In this document: positions 55,965 to 64,000 of the stretch, piece by piece
Position numbering within the stretch: position 1 is the first letter of the stretch
Layout: the number at the start of each line of letters is the position of its first letter
Source of the DNA: Octopus vulgaris
Taxonomy: Eukaryota
Length of the DNA: 64,000 nt
Assembly: GCA_951406725.2 (NCBI GenBank)
Contig: OX597832.1
Span: 31,434,001 to 31,498,000, forward strand
Reading direction: 5' to 3'
Notes under the pieces: generated by a model
What the model was told of the DNA's origin: nothing
What the model saw: only the letters and a program-made list of their open reading frames with translations
Database searches by the model: none
Position numbers and translations under genes: made by a program

Positions 55965-56501
55965 TGGCGGAGAAAGCAGTGCATGCCATCAAAGTGATAC
56001 TGGGATACAAATACATGAAACCTATCATACCCATCATGACTACCCATCTGATAAGGGTACACCAGGCACATGCATCACAACCATATGTGCGCGACATGGT
56101 GATCTCATATGAAGATATACAGCACATGACCTTGCAGTTAGAATTTTCTTCTGGTCGAGTAGCACATCCCGCTCAAAAGGTCTCTGAATAAGGATTGTTT
56201 AAGGATGTTGAACGAACCACCCATGTTTCCAAAGGTGAATTATCCAAACCCCAAAGAATCCCTCTCAACACATGGCTATGATACTCCCCCACTACTTCTG
56301 CTCGTGATCAGAGATGCACATATCGTCAGCCACCAAGGGACATGCTCAGCAGGTTAAGGTCAAACAACTGACAATCAAATCTGTGGTATTGAGCAGAATA
56401 TTTGCTGTAGCCCGTCTTTTATACCAAGACAAAGCAATGTACATGATAACACTTCCAATCAGTTAAGATCAGAAGCCATGAGAGCCACTGCCTGGTACTG
56501 C
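55965..56501. mobile_element. interspersed repeat D, copy 1, within (TTA)n
   Basis: Reverse-complement homology to 57388-57780 over about 400 bp. Confidence 0.85.
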
Positions 56502-56561
<60 letters not shown>

Positions 56562-56998
56562 GAACTTCTCTTCCGCGGTATTAGAACAGAAGCAATTATG
56601 CAAAATATCATTCCATGAAAACGCCATGTCGCCCTCACATATATTCTGTACAGCAACATTAAATGTTACTGTTGGCGCCATCTCACGTTTTACCATTTTC
56701 TTGTATGATGCAATAGTTTTCAATATAAATTTTCATAAAACACTTTGAACTTTTCTTCATTTCCATTTCATGTTTTCATTCTTTTATAAATTAAATAATC
56801 TTAAGAATTCTCCATATTTTTCACCGTTTTCTTCTCAGTTTTTAATATTTTATAAAATTTCCGACATTTCTGTCATATTCTTTCAAAAACAACAAACATG
56901 GCGCATTCCTCTCCAGTTGTCACAATTACAATTTTTCACATCCAAAAACCTTCAGTCTTTAAAAGCCCAAATAAGATTAAGCTGTCAGTTCACTTTAT

Positions 56999-57066
<68 letters not shown>

Positions 57067-57181
57067 ATGATGATGATGATGATGATGATGATGATAATAA
57101 TAATAAATGGCGATGATGATGATTTGAAGAAGAATCAGTAACAATAGCAACATCAATAACAATCTAACGATAACAGTAGTG

Positions 57182-57214
<33 letters not shown>

Positions 57215-57224
57215 ATAATAATAA

Positions 57225-57345
57225 TCCTTTCTACTCTATGCACAAAGCCCGAAATATTTGGGGAAGGGGCCAATCGATTAGATCGACCCCAGTACGCAAC
57301 TGGTACTTAATTTATCGACCCCGAAAGGATGAAAGGCAAAATCGA
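57225..57345 (-). mobile_element. SINE family A 3' part (tail A)
   Basis: Close match to 17856-17970. Confidence 0.88.
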
Positions 57346-57387
57346 ATAATACTAATACTAATACTAATAATAATGGGCAGGTAGTAA

Positions 57388-57780
57388 TGCCCTGATGCAG
57401 TACCAGGCAGTGGCTCTCATGGCTTCTGGTCTTAACTGAAGATAGGGTACAGCAAATATTCTGCTCAATACCACAGATTTGCTTGTCAGTTGTTTGACCT
57501 TAACCAGTTGAATATATCCCTTGGTGGCTGACGATATGTGCATCTCTGATCACGAGCAGAAGTAGTGGGGGGTGCATCATAGCCATGTGTTGAGAGGAAT
57601 TCTTTGGGGTTTGGATAATTAACCTCTGGAAACATGGGTGTTTCGTTCAACATCCTTAAACAAACTTTATTCGGGGACCATTTGAGCGGGTTGGACTACT
57701 CGACCTGAAGAAAATTCTAACTGGGCCCTCACCTGCTAGATCATGCACTGTTTAACTTGATATGAGATCACCTTGTCGCA
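57388..57780. mobile_element. interspersed repeat D, copy 2 (inverted relative to copy 1)
   Basis: GCAGTACCAGGCAGTGGCTCTCATGGCTTCTG..GCATCTCTGATCACGAGCAGAAGTAGTGGGG is the reverse complement of copy 1; about 45-bp internal deletion. Confidence 0.85.
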
Positions 57781-58033
57781 AGAACAACAGACATGTTTCG
57801 CTCTACCTGCAGCTTGTCTGTACCGTACTCCTGTTTGTCACTAAGACGAAATTTGCGCTTCGATTTATATAACGAATAAGATATTTGCTGGTATTGCGGA
57901 AACTTGGTGGGCCGGGAAAATCTCGGCTTTGAATTTAGATCACCGGTGTTTCCGATTATATGCAATGAGTTATATATATATCTACACTCGTGCACGCACA
58001 AACAAACACGTACGCACATTTATATGTAAATTA

Positions 58034-58265
58034 GGCGGCGAGCTGGCAGACACGTTAGCGCGCTGGGCGGAATGCTTAGCAGTATTTCGTCTGTCGTTAC
58101 GTTCTGAGTTCAAATTCCGCCGAGGTCGAATTTGCCTTTCATCCTTTCGGGGTCGATAAATAAAAGTACCAGTTTCGCACTGGTGTCGATGTAATCGACT
58201 TAATCCCTTTGTCTGTCCTTGTTTGTCCCCTCTGTGTTTAGCCCCTTGTAGGCAATAAAGAAATA
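58034..58265 (+). mobile_element. full-length tRNA-derived SINE family A (tail B) with TSD
   Basis: GGCGGCGAGCTGGCAG head, GAGTTCAAATTCC B box and GCCTTTCATCCTTTCGGGGTCGATAAA core; 13-bp TSD TATATGTAAATTA at 58021-58033 and 58266-58278. Confidence 0.95.
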
Positions 58266-58576
58266 TATATGTAAATTAGTGAAAGATAGAGAGAAAGAGC
58301 GATTTATAGGGATATATACATAGCTATTTAGATAGATTGATAGATAGATAGATAGATAGACCGACGCATCCAGATATATTCATGTATACACGTGTGTGTG
58401 TGTATACATTCGTACATTCTCATATTTCAAATCTATCTGTATAAATTTACTTGTTCCCATCCGAATCACGTTAAATTTTTACAACCTTACCTTGTAAGAC
58501 TATATATATATATGTGTGTGTATATATATATATATGATTATATATATATATATATATATATATGTTTATATATATA

Positions 58577-58609
<33 letters not shown>

Positions 58610-59203
58610 CCTATATATATATATGTATGCTTATATATATATATGTTTAGATGTATATATATATATATATATGTATATATGCTTATATATATATATGTAT
58701 ATATATATGTTTATATATATATATGTATGTACATATAAATATAAATGTGTGTGTGTTCATATATTTGTGCGTGTGTGTTGTGTGTGTGTGTGTATAAATA
58801 TGCATGTGCTCGTATGCCAATCCGACCTGCCCAGAGCTGTCCATTTCAGCGATCTCTCTACGCATGTGACAGTTTCCTAAACATACATTTTTACGATTTC
58901 CAGTGGAAGACAATTTGCTGCAGATAATGATAGGAATTGGTTGCATAAGTGTCAGGAATATGGTAAAAGCCGACCAGATACGTCGTACATTTATAGTTTA
59001 TATATGCAGGAAGAACTCACAGAAACATCGTTCGAAGAATAAATGTTCCACTCTTTTTTTTATATATATTTCGTTTGTGTTTTTGTTGTTGTTGCTTTTT
59101 TTTTATTTATTTGTATAGTATTGTTGCTATAAAGGGAATTTATATACGAGCCAATATGAATATGCGTGTGTGAACTGTATTATTGCAACTACCGAGATAT
59201 GTG

Positions 59204-59580
59204 TGCGAGGTTCTTTCTAGAAGTTTTGATACTTTTGCAGGAAAGACATTTCAAAGAAGTACGAAATCTTTATCTCCTCTGACTTCTGTGTATATGTAAC
59301 GTTCCATCCACTTTGTGAAGGCCCTATGGGAATGATCCTTGACACAGCCTCCTCCATCTTCTCTTTAAAATTGGGAAGCAACCAAAAATCACAGGGTGCA
59401 ATGTCTGAACTTGGGGAGGGTGAAGGGACGGATTTGATGCCTATCTCTTGAAAGTAGTTGGTGACCAGGTTGGAATTGCGGATTGGTTCGTTTTCCTGAG
59501 AAACTACTCTGGCATTTTCTGGCGAAATCTTTTCCTGACTTCTCTCAAAACCTCTACAAAGTGCTCCTTTGTTCGTCATC
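59204..59580 (-). mobile_element. mariner transposon 3' half
   Basis: [41 protein letters not shown]; CGAGG-type TIR at about 59206. Confidence 0.82.
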
Positions 59581-59602
59581 AGAGTAGAAATAAGATTGAT
59601 AA

Positions 59603-59636
<34 letters not shown>

Positions 59637-59637
59637 T

Positions 59638-61585
<1,948 letters not shown>

Positions 61586-61601
61586 TAGATAGATATACAT
61601 A

Positions 61602-61960
61602 TACACAAAGTGCATTCTTGAAGTTTCGGTACTTTTTTAGGAGAGGCGCAGTAGTAAGCGTCCTGGATTATTGTAAGTTTAGTCTATTATTTACTATACA
61701 TCTAATAATCTGACCTGCCACCTTTTATTATTTCAGATTGAAGGAGGAGATGGCTATAACAAAGCTCTGAGTAAAAACTCATATGAAATGCTACAGATGG
61801 CTTTTGGATTAACTCGTATTTCGCTGAGCATCTGTTTTTCTCTGGCCCAAGAGTCTAGACAAAGTGAGTCCACGGAGAAGATCACGATGATCCCCCTTTT
61901 AATAAGCAAGGCTATCATCTACAACCACTGGATTCCTTCTACTCAGACGGCCAATGAAGA
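61602..61960 (+). mobile_element. mariner transposon 5' part, internally deleted
   Basis: YEMLQMAFG and IIYNHWIPSTQTAN resemble mariner HTH and WVPxGQTVN regions. Confidence 0.65.
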
Positions 61961-62007
61961 TAGAGAGAGAAAGAGAGGGAGTGAGAGAGAGAGAGATAGA
62001 CAGATAG

Positions 62008-62074
<67 letters not shown>

Positions 62075-62429
62075 CTAGACTTTAAGCTCTTCGAAAGTGT
62101 CGGCTCACTCCCTGGTTTTCGTGGCTGTGTCCTTCGTTTATTTGTTCTGTGGTTTTAATCGTTTCAATGTCCCCTTTCGATTTTTCCTACACACGTAGTG
62201 TATATGTATGCATGTGTGTGTGTGTGTATGTGTATGTGTGTGTGTACTGTTGTATGTGTGTGTGTGTGTGTGCGAGTGCGTATGTACGTATGTATGGATT
62301 CCACTCGCTTAAAACTGTCATTGATACACGCTAAAGATTCTTCGCCAACATAAACTGTTTATGATATTCGGTAAACACCAAGCGCTTCAATGTGCTATGT
62401 AAATGTTATGCATAGGTGTGTCTATACGT

Positions 62430-62468
<39 letters not shown>

Positions 62469-62870
62469 CAGGTATACATACATGTATGTGTGTGTGTGTG
62501 TGTGTGTTTGGCCTCGTACTATTCTGACACTGACAATCCGTTCACCTCTTTCTTTTTCATTCTCTGTCTCTCCCCCTCTCCATCCACGCACCTACCAATA
62601 GCCGCACACCCATCTATTCTGCCCTCCTGCCGACCTGAAGTCTTATGTACCTACCTATGTACATATCTACCTCGCTATGCAACCCGCCTGTCTACCTATC
62701 TACACATCGACATAATTACCTGACTACACGCATGTTTATCCATCTAAGTGCCAACATAATTCTCAGTGCTGCGTTCGTTGTTTGGAATTCCAACATGAAA
62801 ATGTTTATCATCGCTTATAACCGATTTCTCTATAAACACTCAGCAGATAATCAAATTGCAATTATGTGTG

Positions 62871-62934
<64 letters not shown>

Positions 62935-62943
62935 TGTATGTAC

Positions 62944-62978
<35 letters not shown>

Positions 62979-63216
62979 TATACTTATATATATATATACA
63001 TATACATATACATATATATATACATATATACATATACATGTTTGTATGCAGGCATGTATGTATGTATATATGTATGTTTGTATGTATGTATGTATGTATG
63101 TATGTATGTATGTATGTATGTATGTATGTATGTATGTATGTATGTATGTTTGTATGTATGTATGTATGTATGTATGTATGTATGTATGTATGTATGTATG
63201 TATGTATGTATGTATG

Positions 63217-63912
63217 CAGAGTGTTCAGGCTAAATATGATGGCTTTTTTATGTCTCTTTTTCTGTGTCAGGAACAGCTTAATGTATTGCTAAAGAGTCAA
63301 CGACGTTGGAGGGCATAAGGCTTAAACTATAGTCGAAAACACGTTGACTGACGTGGATGACTACGAAACTGTGACTCGCAGAAAGGGTCACAACAAGCGG
63401 TCCCGATGGCACCCGAACGCCGGAACACACCACTTGGAATAGAGACGTCGGCTCAATTCAGACAGCGATGTGAAGCTGGTGGCGACTGTGGTCCCTGGCA
63501 GCAGAGGGTCGCTGCAAGAAAGCCATATGTGTGCCAGCAATATTCGGCTCCTTGCCATACCTCCAGAAAGAATTACAACTGGTCGTCGGAGAGTTTCTAC
63601 TTCATCAACCTGTCTCTGCCCTGCCAATTTCCTCGACTGTTATGCCATGTGTGAAGAACAGTCGAGAAAGACAATCAACCACTCAGCCTGAAATGTCAAA
63701 GCTGAGTTGATGGCCAAGATCAAGGAAGTGTTCAAAGGTCTTCCCAGGGACCCAGCGAGGAGCAACGCATGCACCCGGCTCTGGGACCCTCATGTGGCCT
63801 TACTTTCACTAAGCTGCTATTTCCCTGCTAGAATCTTGTCAATATGTTTTGAGGTTTTAAAATACATTTATTTTGGATGGGATATTGTGTCAAATTTAGC
63901 TGGAACACTCTG
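63217..63912 (+). mobile_element. Tc1/mariner-superfamily element (maT-like), deleted, both TIRs present
   Basis: Left CAGAGTGTTCAGGCTAAAT and right ATTTAGCTGGAACACTCTG-TA; YVCQQYSAPCHTSRK resembles QQDSAPxH. Confidence 0.82.
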
Positions 63913-63932
63913 TAGATAGACAAAGAGGGAGG

Positions 63933-63974
<42 letters not shown>

Positions 63975-64000
63975 CAGACAGATAGGTAGGTAGATAGATA

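Noticed and set aside
58034-58125. tRNA gene
   Set aside because: The A/B boxes belong to a SINE head; there is no cloverleaf, and it is followed by SINE core and tail with a TSD.

Overview
This is a gene-poor, AT-rich eukaryotic window, about half simple repeats. The remainder is mostly decayed transposable elements. The repeat families resemble those of Octopus/coleoid cephalopods; that is inferred from memory, not from a database search. No intact protein-coding gene, rRNA, tRNA gene or CRISPR array can be supported, and almost all ORFs in the track are microsatellite artefacts. Recognisable elements are three tRNA-derived SINE families, R4/Dong-type (RLE), Tx1-type, RTE and CR1 LINE fragments, a Penelope GIY-YIG remnant, and mariner/Tc1, hAT and Tigger DNA-transposon pieces. 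The most notable signal is a set of at least five type I hammerhead-ribozyme motifs in short Penelope-like terminal fragments next to (TA)n or (TATG)n tracts. One has an apparent compensatory A3-U8 core pair and another has a U4C core change. Other signals are a Tx1-like family consistently oriented in (GATA)n, several long inverted repeats able to form dsRNA, and a few low-confidence exon candidates around 51.7-52.1 kb and 36.8 kb.
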